DNA of 58,548 nt from a virus. A program made the translations under genes and the position numbers. The stretch is from IMG/VR virus record IMGVR_UViG_3300010392_000784. One strand, written 5' to 3'. The notes under the pieces are model-generated. The model did no database searches and had not been told where the DNA came from. It worked only from the letters and a program-made list of their open reading frames with translations. Below are positions 45,861 through 53,701 of the stretch, one piece after another; position 1 is the stretch's first letter; each line of letters begins with the position of its first letter.

Positions 45861-46054
45861 AAGCCAATTTCGACAATCTTGAGGACGTGCAGGCCAGCTT
45901 GAAGACGATCAAGGCCGCATGGGCGGAGGCGCCGGAGGGCGAAAACACCGACCTCGACTACATCATCGCCGTCGGCATTGCCACCGTGATAATCGAATGG
46001 CTCGAAGCGCGCGAGAAGCGCCTTCTGGCCGAGCAGGGAGGCGAACATGGGTGA
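45857..46054 (+). CDS. Hypothetical protein (65 aa)
   Basis: ATGA overlap; internal ATG of track ORF 45830..46054. Confidence 0.5.
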   Translation: MKANFDNLEDVQASLKTIKAAWAEAPEGENTDLDYIIAVGIATVIIEWLEAREKRLLAEQGGEHG

Positions 46055-46532
46055 CGGATCGAAGATCGAATGGACCGATGCGACGTGGCAGATAATTACT
46101 GGTTGTTCCGTCGTGAGCCCGGGCTGCACGAACTGCTACGCTATGCGGCTGGCTGGGACGCGGTTGAGGCATCACCCGAGCCGCGCCGGACTGACAGACG
46201 ATAGCAAAGCTGGCCCGGTGTGGAACGGCTCAGTCCACTTCAATCACGACTGGCTCGACCAGCCGCTCCGCTGGCGGAAGCCGCGCATGATCTTTGTTTG
46301 CGCGCATGGCGCCCTGCGGCCGGCGATCGAGGCGTATGTGAACGGGAAGGACATGACGCCCGAGCAGATCGCTGCGATGCGCGCCTACCTCCGGCAGTGG
46401 ATCGAGGCTGATGGATGGGCACCGGGCAAGCGGCTGGACATCCTTCGACAATCGGTCGACATGCTGGTGACCCGCGACGCCATCGCCGCCTGGCTGGCCT
46501 CAGCGCTGCACGAGGGCATCGACCCTCTCTGA
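46047..46532 (+). CDS. Gp37/Gp68 (DUF5131)-type N-terminal domain fused to an unrelated helical C-terminus (161 aa)
   Basis: KIEWTDATWQIITGCSVVSPGCTNCYAMRLA...KPRMIFVC, then divergence from the expected SMSDLFH-type continuation. Confidence 0.55.
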   Translation: MGDGSKIEWTDATWQIITGCSVVSPGCTNCYAMRLAGTRLRHHPSRAGLTDDSKAGPVWNGSVHFNHDWLDQPLRWRKPRMIFVCAHGALRPAIEAYVNGKDMTPEQIAAMRAYLRQWIEADGWAPGKRLDILRQSVDMLVTRDAIAAWLASALHEGIDPL

Positions 46533-46571
46533 ATAAAATCCGGAATATTTTTCCGTCGAAAAATGCGAAAA

Positions 46572-46605
46572 GGAAAGGCCCGCTTGATTTCAGGCGGGCC
46601 TTTCC
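46572..46605 (-). terminator. Intrinsic terminator for the leftward small-gene operon (possibly bidirectional)
   Basis: 12-bp stem GGAAAGGCCCGC/GCGGGCCTTTCC; on the minus strand it is followed by TTTTCGCATTTTTCG. Confidence 0.7.
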
Positions 46606-46724
46606 CCATTGTGCGAGCCGTTGGAAGAAAGCATGGTCGAACGACCTTGTTGTGCTCTTCCGGCTCACACCTTGCCCGCGGGTCAGCGGAGACAGCAATC
46701 AAAGCGGCCCGCGGGTCTTCTCAG

Positions 46725-46749
46725 ACCTTATGGTCAATGACCATGAGGT
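46725..46749. promoter_or_regulatory. 25-bp imperfect palindrome, copy 2 (ACCTTATGGTCAATGACCATGAGGT)
   Basis: Overlaps the last codons and stop of the DUF4326 gene, where two operons converge. Confidence 0.7.
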
Positions 46750-47159
46750 TCGGTGTTCGCGATCCTCAGCAGCACGTCTCCGTGGCATGGGCCGCAGTCC
46801 GGGCAGTTCACACCAAGCGGCAGGCCGTCCTTGTGCTTGTCGCAGAGATCGCACCAGCAGGCCAGATTCTTGCCCCGGAGTTCGTGCAAGCTCAATTTCA
46901 TATCAAGCACCGCGCCTTCGCCAATCCCCGGCCGCCCGCTGCAAATGCTCAGGATCGTATGTCTCAAACGAGACGGGGGTTTTGTGAATAGGCTCTCGAA
47001 TTTGTCCACGGCGTCTTGATGATTGCCGTTGAGAACCTTGAAAGGATTCCCCCACTTCCCCGGCCGCGAGACGCTTACCGTATTGGGAGGCATTCTCCAG
47101 CCACGGGAACGCTTGCGCTGAACGCGGCGTGGGACGGTTCTGAACTCGGTGTTGGTCAC
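46734..47159 (-). CDS. DUF4326-like protein (141 aa from GTG 47159; alternative ATG 47222/47249)
   Basis: GKWGNPF...RGKNLACWC...CHGDVLL; GTGA overlap with the upstream gene. Confidence 0.55.
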   Translation of the reverse strand: MTNTEFRTVPRRVQRKRSRGWRMPPNTVSVSRPGKWGNPFKVLNGNHQDAVDKFESLFTKPPSRLRHTILSICSGRPGIGEGAVLDMKLSLHELRGKNLACWCDLCDKHKDGLPLGVNCPDCGPCHGDVLLRIANTEPHGH

Positions 47160-47371
47160 CAGTGCTTCTCCTTCCACGCTTCGTTTCGCGATGCTGTGCA
47201 CGGCGGGCACAGATAGCGACATTCGCCGCGTCCCAACCAGAGCCGCCAACCAGCCTTGAGCGCGTCATCAATTTCTATGGGCGCTATCTTGTCGCAGTCG
47301 TCGCAATGCGGCTGGAATTTCTCGCGCTTGCGCTGGATACGGCGGGGAGTGTCTGTGGTGGGGCGGGTCAT
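47156..47371 (-). CDS. Small Cys4 zinc-binding protein (71 aa; alternative start 47404)
   Basis: HCDDCDK...CRYLCPPC; its ATG overlaps the stop of the upstream 49-aa ORF (ATGA). Confidence 0.5.
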   Translation of the reverse strand: MTRPTTDTPRRIQRKREKFQPHCDDCDKIAPIEIDDALKAGWRLWLGRGECRYLCPPCTASRNEAWKEKHW

Positions 47372-47517
47372 TGGCCTGCCTTCCCCTGCAAAAGTTTGAT
47401 CCAACGAATTACCTCGTCAGCGGAAAAGTTTTTCGGATCGATCCCCATGCAAATGCGGAAAGCATCCGTAGCCATACAGACGCTGAATTCAGACGGGTTG
47501 CTAATATCCCTACCCAT
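47368..47517 (-). CDS. Small protein (49 aa; below the cutoff if started at ATG 47517)
   Basis: GGAGAG RBS 4 nt upstream; chained between the neighbouring genes by overlapping stop/start codons. Confidence 0.45.
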   Translation of the reverse strand: MGRDISNPSEFSVCMATDAFRICMGIDPKNFSADEVIRWIKLLQGKAGQ

Positions 47518-47818
47518 CGCTCTCTCCATACAGATCAGCCGCAGCAAGGGCGGCGCGGATGATGAATTCAACGGCCGTCGCTAAGTGGTCCTGCGGTTTG
47601 CAGTGCTCTCTTGCAACTGCAATTGCGGCTTCAGACATCGCCTCTGTCGGCTCCAGGTCGACGATGCGCTTGCCGGCCGCTTCGAGGGCGGCGATATCTG
47701 CTCTGATTTCTTGCAGGCAACCACATGCAGAGTCGTTGTCCTTGCAATGGTCTCGCCAAGCGCATTGGCGCGCGTCTCGGGCGATCTCCACCGGGTTCTT
47801 GTTCGCTCTATCGGTCAT
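47510..47818 (-). CDS. Hypothetical protein (102 aa)
   Basis: GGAGGACACCCCCA RBS context before ATG 47818. Confidence 0.55.
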   Translation of the reverse strand: MTDRANKNPVEIARDARQCAWRDHCKDNDSACGCLQEIRADIAALEAAGKRIVDLEPTEAMSEAAIAVAREHCKPQDHLATAVEFIIRAALAAADLYGESDG

Positions 47819-48071
47819 TGGGGGTGTCCTCCACATCGCGCCATTTCCCGTCTGTGATGCGATCCCAAAAGCCGGCACCGACCTCCGCTTCCGTCTTGGC
47901 GGGTATGCGCCCCGGCGCCAATTCCAATTGCATCCGCTTTCCGCGCTCCCAATCGTCAGAGAACCGACCGGAATATGACAGGTATATCAAAACGTCCGGG
48001 CTCGGCAGGCGGGGCCAATCGCGCAGGGCGTTGAGTATGGCCATAAATATTTCGTGGCTTGTGTCAGTCAT
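47808..48071 (-). CDS. Hypothetical protein (87 aa)
   Basis: GGGAGAAACCCCCA RBS context before ATG 48071. Confidence 0.55.
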   Translation of the reverse strand: MTDTSHEIFMAILNALRDWPRLPSPDVLIYLSYSGRFSDDWERGKRMQLELAPGRIPAKTEAEVGAGFWDRITDGKWRDVEDTPNDR

Positions 48072-48525
48072 TGGGGGTTTCTCCCTTGAGGGCGGCGCGG
48101 GCGGCCCTGACGATGGCCGGCGTAAGCAGCGGCAGCGGACCATCGATCCCAGGATAGGTATCCGGGGTGTTGAGCATGGACTCCAACGCCTCTCTGAGTT
48201 TGGCGTTCTCCGCCCGTAGGCTGGCATTGACGCCCCCAGCGCTCCAAACGTCATCCTTCAACGACACATTCTCACGGCGCAGGCGCGCGATCTCGTCAAT
48301 CCGTTCGGCGTCTCCGGTTTCCTTGCGCTCCAGATAGCGTCCGCCGGCTTCGATCAGCCCGCCTATCTTCCCCCGGTCGCACTGGTCGTCTTTCTCGTAT
48401 TCATCGATCAGCGCTTGCAGGATGCCGTCTGCGGCCTCGTTCTCCGCCCGTAGGCGGGTGAGTTCTTCTCGCTGCTGCGCGACCTCGAACCGAGACGCTT
48501 CGTACCTTTTGCCGAGGCTGGTCAT
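48064..48525 (-). CDS. Coiled-coil protein (153 aa)
   Basis: GAAGGAAA RBS before ATG 48525; ELTRLRAENEAADG...LRAENAKLREALE. Confidence 0.55.
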   Translation of the reverse strand: MTSLGKRYEASRFEVAQQREELTRLRAENEAADGILQALIDEYEKDDQCDRGKIGGLIEAGGRYLERKETGDAERIDEIARLRRENVSLKDDVWSAGGVNASLRAENAKLREALESMLNTPDTYPGIDGPLPLLTPAIVRAARAALKGETPND

Positions 48526-48854
48526 CGGGTGATTTCCTTCAGATCCTCCACCCTCGTCACATAGCCATAGGGCGGCGCGTCGAGGTGCGGCCCGGCCCAT
48601 GCCTGGAACTGCGGGATTTGCCGGGCGCCGTGGATCCGTTCGAGGAAGCCCACCACCTTGTCGTAGTGGGCGAAGGCGTCCGCCTGGTCCGTATACCTGC
48701 CCAGCGCCACCCACTCGCCCCACTGGTATTCCTGAACGATGTAGGGCCGATCGTTCGGCTTGCCGCTGTTGACGGTCTCGAACCGCCGGACCGCGAACGT
48801 GCAGGGGCCGACGGCGCAGACGAGGATGGTCTCGGGTTTGACGGGATCAGGCAT
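48522..48854 (-). CDS. Hypothetical protein (110 aa)
   Basis: ATGA overlap downstream; G/C-ending codons. Confidence 0.6.
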   Translation of the reverse strand: MPDPVKPETILVCAVGPCTFAVRRFETVNSGKPNDRPYIVQEYQWGEWVALGRYTDQADAFAHYDKVVGFLERIHGARQIPQFQAWAGPHLDAPPYGYVTRVEDLKEITR

Positions 48855-49071
48855 CGTTCCGTTCTCCTGCCTCGCAAATGGTGAAGCTGTAGCCCTTGCC
48901 CCCGTCGGCGTAGGACTTCTCGACGATCTCGAGCCGGTAGGGTGGCTGGTCGACCGGAGCCCTAACCTCGTTGAGGTCGAGCCCCCGATCCGCCGCGCCT
49001 TCCAAGAACCGTTGAAGTTCCTTCAGCGTGCCGAAAGTCTTCCGCTCGTAGATTGATGTGTCGGTTGTCAT
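48847..49071 (-). CDS. Hypothetical protein (74 aa), first gene of the leftward small-gene operon
   Basis: GGAGACAAGG RBS; a promoter lies upstream. Confidence 0.6.
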   Translation of the reverse strand: MTTDTSIYERKTFGTLKELQRFLEGAADRGLDLNEVRAPVDQPPYRLEIVEKSYADGGKGYSFTICEAGERNDA

Positions 49072-49103
49072 GATGCCTTGTCTCCAAACGATTAAGCCTC
49101 CCC

Positions 49104-49132
49104 ACCATACGGCGGGAACCGTTAACGATCAA
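49104..49132 (-). promoter_or_regulatory. Leftward sigma70-like promoter (TTGATC-N17-TATGGT)
   Basis: Read on the minus strand, 33 nt upstream of ATG 49071. Confidence 0.5.
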
Positions 49133-49150
49133 TGAAAATGTGCAGAAAAG

Positions 49151-49179
49151 TTGACGCAGGGCAATCTCGCGTCTATCGT
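49151..49179 (+). promoter_or_regulatory. Rightward sigma70-like promoter (TTGACG-N17-TATCGT) within the conserved 15-mer context
   Basis: GCAGAAAAGTTGACG at 49142-49156; 39 nt upstream of ATG 49218. Confidence 0.55.
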
Positions 49180-49217
49180 CTCCGCATGTCTCTGGCCATG
49201 GATGTAGGGAGGAAACT

Positions 49218-49589
49218 ATGAACCAACACGATCGGCACTTCGCTGTTTACAACCCACACAGCAGGTCAATCGAAGAATTGCCGGTGATTTACGGCTTCAA
49301 TAATGGTGGGTCGCCGGGGCTTTATGTCGGTCAGTTATTGGCCGCTGACGGCACGCCGCTAGGTAGTCATGCGTGTTCCAACGAAGGGTTCATGCTCGGT
49401 GATCTTGGAATCTTGGAGGGCCACAGATCAGATCGCCACAAAAGTTTCCGCGAACACTACCCTGATGGGTACCGTATGGATTTTGTTAGTTACAACGATG
49501 TGGACAGCCATGAGGGGCTCAGCGCTGCCATCATCGCGAATAATGAAAAATACGCCGAAGAAAGCAACGGCCAGGAGATCGCACCATGA
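49218..49589 (+). CDS. Hypothetical protein (123 aa), lower GC than the genome
   Basis: GGGAGGAAAC RBS; many A/T-ending codons. Confidence 0.6.
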   Translation: MNQHDRHFAVYNPHSRSIEELPVIYGFNNGGSPGLYVGQLLAADGTPLGSHACSNEGFMLGDLGILEGHRSDRHKSFREHYPDGYRMDFVSYNDVDSHEGLSAAIIANNEKYAEESNGQEIAP

Positions 49590-50317
49590 CCGAGAACGAG
49601 ACCCCGCCGACCCCAGACAAAGAAGCACTGGCCTCCGCCACACCTCCCGAGCCAAAGCCCAAGGGAAAGCGTGGAGGCTTCACCAGCGGCTCCGCCCGCA
49701 TGCAGAGAGAAGGGAAAGCCGGAGGCCCCATGAACAGCAAAAAGACCGGACGCTTCAAAGAAGCCGAGGTCAAAGAGCCGGAAGCCTTCATCCAGTTCTG
49801 CTCCATGGGACCAAACGCCACCCTCCAAAACCTCCACGAGCACTACCAATCCAAGAAGGTCCGCGTCTCTCTCGGATCCCTGGCAAAGTGGTCCGCCAAA
49901 CACGGATGGGTCGGAAGACGCAGGGAATACCTCCAGAAGATGGACCCCGAAGGCGTCGTCGAAAGATTGCGCGGATTGAGCGGACTGTCGCAATCACACT
50001 CGACGGACTCCATCGACGGCCTGATTGCCCTGTCCCTCACCCAGCTCGATATCGCGATCAAGTCCATTCACGCGAAGGACCCCAAGGACGTCGGCATCAT
50101 GCTCGACAATCTTGAGCGACTTCTGAATATCAAAGCACTCTACCGGGCGCGGCTGCTCGAGTCGGAGCGGGCCGAGGCGATGGCGCGCGCGGCAGAAGAA
50201 CAAGACGAGAACAGCGATTCCGGCTCGAAAGTGGTCAAGCTGGACGACCGGTCCGACATGCCGAAGATCGGCGAGTTTCAGGCTGAGGTGAGGAAGGGAG
50301 GCGAATGGAATGGATAG
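49586..50317 (+). CDS. Terminase small subunit candidate (243 aa)
   Basis: ATGA overlap; HTH-like VRVSLGSLAKWSAKHGW; lies upstream of TerL. Confidence 0.45.
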   Translation: MTENETPPTPDKEALASATPPEPKPKGKRGGFTSGSARMQREGKAGGPMNSKKTGRFKEAEVKEPEAFIQFCSMGPNATLQNLHEHYQSKKVRVSLGSLAKWSAKHGWVGRRREYLQKMDPEGVVERLRGLSGLSQSHSTDSIDGLIALSLTQLDIAIKSIHAKDPKDVGIMLDNLERLLNIKALYRARLLESERAEAMARAAEEQDENSDSGSKVVKLDDRSDMPKIGEFQAEVRKGGEWNG

Positions 50318-50519
50318 CATCGGACGCGACGTCAACGAGACAATCTCCAGGTTCGAAACGCCAGGCCTTCAAAAGCTGGCCATCACCGACAGGTTCCTGG
50401 TGGGGGCAAAGATACTCGGCAAGCACGGCCTCAGCGTCGTCGAGCAGGACTGGGCAAACGAGCCGATCCGCCGGGCGGTCATCCGCGCCAACCGCCGGCG
50501 CCACGGACTGCGGAAGTAA
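50310..50519 (+). CDS. Hypothetical protein (69 aa)
   Basis: G/C-ending codons in this frame. Confidence 0.5.
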   Translation: MDSIGRDVNETISRFETPGLQKLAITDRFLVGAKILGKHGLSVVEQDWANEPIRRAVIRANRRRHGLRK

Positions 50520-50539
50520 CTGAAATAGGAGAAAATCAG

Positions 50540-50818
50540 ATGGCTGTCTTCAACATCGTGACGAACCAGAAAATGGCGTCCAACCCGGACAAGCATGTCT
50601 TCGTGATCTTCGACGTGCCGGCGGCGAAGGGCGTCGCCGCGGCCCACGAGATCCTTCAGCGCGACAAGATGCTGATGGGAGATCAGTTGTTCCTCTACAA
50701 CGACGGCAACGGCGGCCCCGAAATCATCAAGAAACGTGTCCCGAAGATCGTCGGGCTGGAAATGGTCGGGACCATCGAGCATTACTGGAAGCCCGTCGTG
50801 GAGGGGAGGCACCTGTAA
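50540..50818 (+). CDS. Hypothetical protein (92 aa)
   Basis: AGGAGAAAATC RBS. Confidence 0.6.
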   Translation: MAVFNIVTNQKMASNPDKHVFVIFDVPAAKGVAAAHEILQRDKMLMGDQLFLYNDGNGGPEIIKKRVPKIVGLEMVGTIEHYWKPVVEGRHL

Positions 50819-52570
50819 GTGCTCAAGCTCCACGGCCAGCGATACATCCCCGGCGCCGACCCGGACCTGGTGCAATTCGTTGCCAAGGAGCTGCACTACC
50901 TTGATTTTGATACCACCCTTCGCTGGTACGACCATGTCTCGAAGTGCCTCGACGCGCTGACGCTCAATCTCGACGATCTCGCCTTCCTCGGGTGCAACGA
51001 CCGCTATTTCCTTCTGACGGCCATCCTGCAGCGCAAGGACATGCTGCACCCGTGGTTGTTCGACCGGTGCCGGGAGGTCGAGGCAGAGCCGGACGGCTAT
51101 CTCGATCTGTGGGGGCGCTTCCATTATAAGTCGACCATCATCACCTACGGCGGCACAATTCAGGACATCATCCGCGATCCGGACATGACCCAGGCGATTT
51201 TCTCGGTGACGCAGGGAAACGCCGAGCGGTTCCTGAAGCAGATCAAGGAAACGCTCGAGCGCAACGAGTTGCTCAAGAAAATCTATGCCGACTGCCTGTA
51301 CCAGCATCCGAAGAAGGAGAGCCCGCGCTGGGCGATCGGCACCGGGATCCAGGTCAAGCGGTCGCCGAACAACACGAAGAAAGAGCCGACCGTCGGCGCC
51401 CACGGGCTTGTCGAGGGCCTGCCGGCCGGCCCGCACTACGAGAAGCTGCTCTACGACGACGTGGTGACCCAGAAATCTGTGACCAACCCAGAGCAGATCG
51501 AGAAGGTTTCGATGCACGAAGAGATGAGCGACAACCTTGGCGTCGAATCCGGCGCGAGAAAGCAATATGTCGGCACTCGTTACCGCCACGGCGACACCTA
51601 CCAGCAGATCATCGACCGCGGCGACGTGAAGGTCCGGATCTACCCGACAACAGACAACGGCAAGCTGAATGGCAACCCGGTATTTCTGACACCAAAGCGC
51701 TGGGATGAAATCAAACGAACGCAGAAGAAGGTGGTCGCCTCCCAGCACCTGATGAACCCGGCCGCCGGCAACGAGGCGAGCTTCGATCCGCTGACCTTCC
51801 GGCCCTACACCATCCGCCCGGCGCTGCTCAACGTCTACATCATGTGCGATCCGTCATCCGGCCGAACCCAGAAATCGGACCGCACGGCGATCGCGGTCAT
51901 CGGCGTGGACGTGCAGAAGAACTTCTACCTGCTCGACGGCTACCGGCACCGGATGAGCCTGACAAAGCGCTGGGAAGCGCTCCACGGCCTCTATGAGCAC
52001 TGGTATCACGTGCCTGGCGTCCGCAGCATCGGGGTCGGCTATGAGCGATACGGAATGCAGGCCGACCTGCAATACTTCGAGCTCGAGATGCTCAAGAAGG
52101 GGAACCTGTCGTTCCCGATCGAGGAGCTGAACTGGCCGCGCGAGGGCGAGCACTCCAAGACCGCGCGGGTCGACCGCCTCGAACCGTACCTGCGCAACTC
52201 GAAGTTCTGGCTGCCCGGGCTGGTCTGGCACGCCGACTTCTCGGACATGCAGAACGGCCTGCACACGTTCTGGTCCATCAACCCGGATTCGCTGGAGATC
52301 GAGTACCGGCGCCAGATGGGCGACACGAAGGCCATGAAGGCCATGAAGGCGACCAACCAGTCATGGCGCGTGGTGAAGCCGATCATCCGCTACGACGAGG
52401 ACAGGAACGTCTACGACGTCACGCGGGCGCTGCTCGAGGAGCTTCGGTTCTTCCCGTTCGGGTCTCACGACGACCTGGTCGACGCCACGTCGCGGATCTT
52501 CGACATGGACTGGGTGGCGCCGGAGCCGTTCGAGCGGGATTACGGGGAAGAGATCAGGGACGAGGCGTGA
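50819..52570 (+). CDS. Terminase large subunit
   Basis: GTG start after GGAGGGGAGG; 583 aa; ATPase-like DLWGRFHYKST and a C-terminal nuclease-like acidic motif (FPFGSHDDLVDATS). Confidence 0.7.
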   Translation: MLKLHGQRYIPGADPDLVQFVAKELHYLDFDTTLRWYDHVSKCLDALTLNLDDLAFLGCNDRYFLLTAILQRKDMLHPWLFDRCREVEAEPDGYLDLWGRFHYKSTIITYGGTIQDIIRDPDMTQAIFSVTQGNAERFLKQIKETLERNELLKKIYADCLYQHPKKESPRWAIGTGIQVKRSPNNTKKEPTVGAHGLVEGLPAGPHYEKLLYDDVVTQKSVTNPEQIEKVSMHEEMSDNLGVESGARKQYVGTRYRHGDTYQQIIDRGDVKVRIYPTTDNGKLNGNPVFLTPKRWDEIKRTQKKVVASQHLMNPAAGNEASFDPLTFRPYTIRPALLNVYIMCDPSSGRTQKSDRTAIAVIGVDVQKNFYLLDGYRHRMSLTKRWEALHGLYEHWYHVPGVRSIGVGYERYGMQADLQYFELEMLKKGNLSFPIEELNWPREGEHSKTARVDRLEPYLRNSKFWLPGLVWHADFSDMQNGLHTFWSINPDSLEIEYRRQMGDTKAMKAMKATNQSWRVVKPIIRYDEDRNVYDVTRALLEELRFFPFGSHDDLVDATSRIFDMDWVAPEPFERDYGEEIRDEA

Positions 52571-52575
52571 GGCAT

Positions 52576-52875
52576 CTAAACACAGAAGGCCAACTGGCCG
52601 AGGCGGAGCGTCATCACGCTGCGGCTAACCCGGTAGCGTTTGGCAAGCGCGGCAACCGAAGCATCATCTTCGATATCGACGCCGCCCATCTTGCGCACAT
52701 CCTCCATCAGCCACTCCGCTGGTATCAGAAGTTCCATCGCAAAGGCATTTGCCTCAGATTCCATCGCGTCATCAACGGTTGGCCGTTTCATTTCCCGCGC
52801 GTCTGGCAACGCATTCTCTCGATCTTTTACCTGTGGTGCGGGCATCAGTCTCTCCATCGATTGCCCCGCCGCCAT
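52576..52875 (-). CDS. ImmA/IrrE-family C-terminal fragment (99 aa, no HExxH), probably a remnant
   Basis: ESEANAFAMELLIPAEWL matches the ImmA/IrrE conserved E-x-EAN-x-FA..LL.P segment; no His motif upstream; weaker G/C-ending bias. Confidence 0.45.
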   Translation of the reverse strand: MAAGQSMERLMPAPQVKDRENALPDAREMKRPTVDDAMESEANAFAMELLIPAEWLMEDVRKMGGVDIEDDASVAALAKRYRVSRSVMTLRLGQLAFCV

Positions 52876-52896
52876 TGCTGACGACGGGCGTTTCGA

Positions 52897-53133
52897 TCAA
52901 CCCCATTCGTGGACGTTGCGCGAAAGCCCCAGCGCCTTGAGCGATTCCCGAACGCGCCTGCGCTCGTCTTTGATGTACTGGCGGTGCCTGGGGCTGATCT
53001 CGGCCGGGCGATTGGAGCGCTTCTGGCTCCTGCGGGGAAGCGGCTGCCGGGTCGGCTGAAGGGGGATCATCGGCGGAAGATTGCTGAGAACGTAGTTCAA
53101 TGCGCCGGCGATGGTGAACGATCGGTTGAACAT
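52897..53133 (-). CDS. Small basic protein (78 aa)
   Basis: AAAGAGGAGA RBS; G/C-ending codons. Confidence 0.6.
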   Translation of the reverse strand: MFNRSFTIAGALNYVLSNLPPMIPLQPTRQPLPRRSQKRSNRPAEISPRHRQYIKDERRRVRESLKALGLSRNVHEWG

Positions 53134-53172
53134 GCCTGTCTCCTCTTTGGCTATAGGCTACCAGCGGCGTCT

Positions 53173-53203
53173 GCCTGCTTCGGACGGCCGTTCCGAAGCA
53201 GGC
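53173..53203 (-). other. 12-bp stem hairpin in the leader of the 78-aa gene
   Basis: GCCTGCTTCGGA-N7-TCCGAAGCAGGC. Confidence 0.4.
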
Positions 53204-53464
53204 TTCCGGCTTTGCAACGTTGCCCGCGTCCACCCTTTCGGGCCCACGGGGCGTAGCCGGCCCTTACTGGAGCCTTTCGACGTGGGGGTCGGGTTTCTGT
53301 CTGTTACCGACCTTCCGCCGCTGGGATTTGGTCCCGCCGCCAACCTGTGCAATTCTTGCACGAGTTCGGGACGGTATTTTCGGGGAGCGATCAGGGGGCT
53401 ACCCCGTCTTGCCCTCCCCCGGAGCGACTGCGCGGGACGCTACCCCACCGCCTCTCTCCAAACT

Positions 53465-53541
53465 TGGTCGGTGAACAGGGATTTGAACCCCGGACCCCCT
53501 GCTCCCAAAGCAGGCGCGCTACCAAACTGCGCTATACACCG
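53465..53541 (-). tRNA. tRNA-Pro: tRNA-Pro (anticodon UGG), CCA encoded
   Basis: Hand-folded cloverleaf: acceptor CGGTGTA/TTCACCG (one T:T mismatch), D-arm GCGC-AGTTTGGTA-GCGC, anticodon arm CCTGC-TTTGGGA-GCAGG, T-arm CGGGG-TTCAAAT-CCCTG, A73, CCA. Confidence 0.8.
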
Positions 53542-53625
53542 GAAATCGATGGGGAGGTTTGCTGCACCCGCCTCCCCGGGCAGGCTCCATGAGGGGGAAA
53601 CAGCCCTTGCAGCAGCAATTGTCTA

Positions 53626-53640
53626 ACAGAAAAGTTGACG
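53626..53640 (+). promoter_or_regulatory. Third copy of the 15-mer ACAGAAAAGTTGACG, with no convincing -10
   Basis: Exact match to the copy at 38929-38943 (opposite strand). Confidence 0.4.
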
Positions 53641-53655
53641 GGCCACAAGACGAAA

Positions 53656-53701
53656 ACGGCCCCGGCTTCTGTGCTCAGGATTGAGCCTCGGCCGGGGCCG
53701 T
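53656..53701 (-). terminator. Intrinsic terminator after gene 53731..54555
   Basis: 11-bp stem ACGGCCCCGGC/GCCGGGGCCGT with an inner hairpin; on the minus strand it is followed by TTTCGTCTTGT. Confidence 0.55.

Noticed and set aside
53134-53464. Possible second tRNA, tmRNA or attP core next to tRNA-Pro
   Set aside because: No T-loop (GTTCRANYC) or tRNA-like acceptor end could be folded, and no integrase exists in the genome. I kept it only as an unexplained structured non-coding stretch.
52576-53541. Calling the element a temperate phage or prophage because of the tRNA and the ImmA-like ORF
   Set aside because: I recognised no integrase, excisionase or CI-type repressor, and the ImmA-like ORF lacks its catalytic motif. 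Lifestyle is left open.
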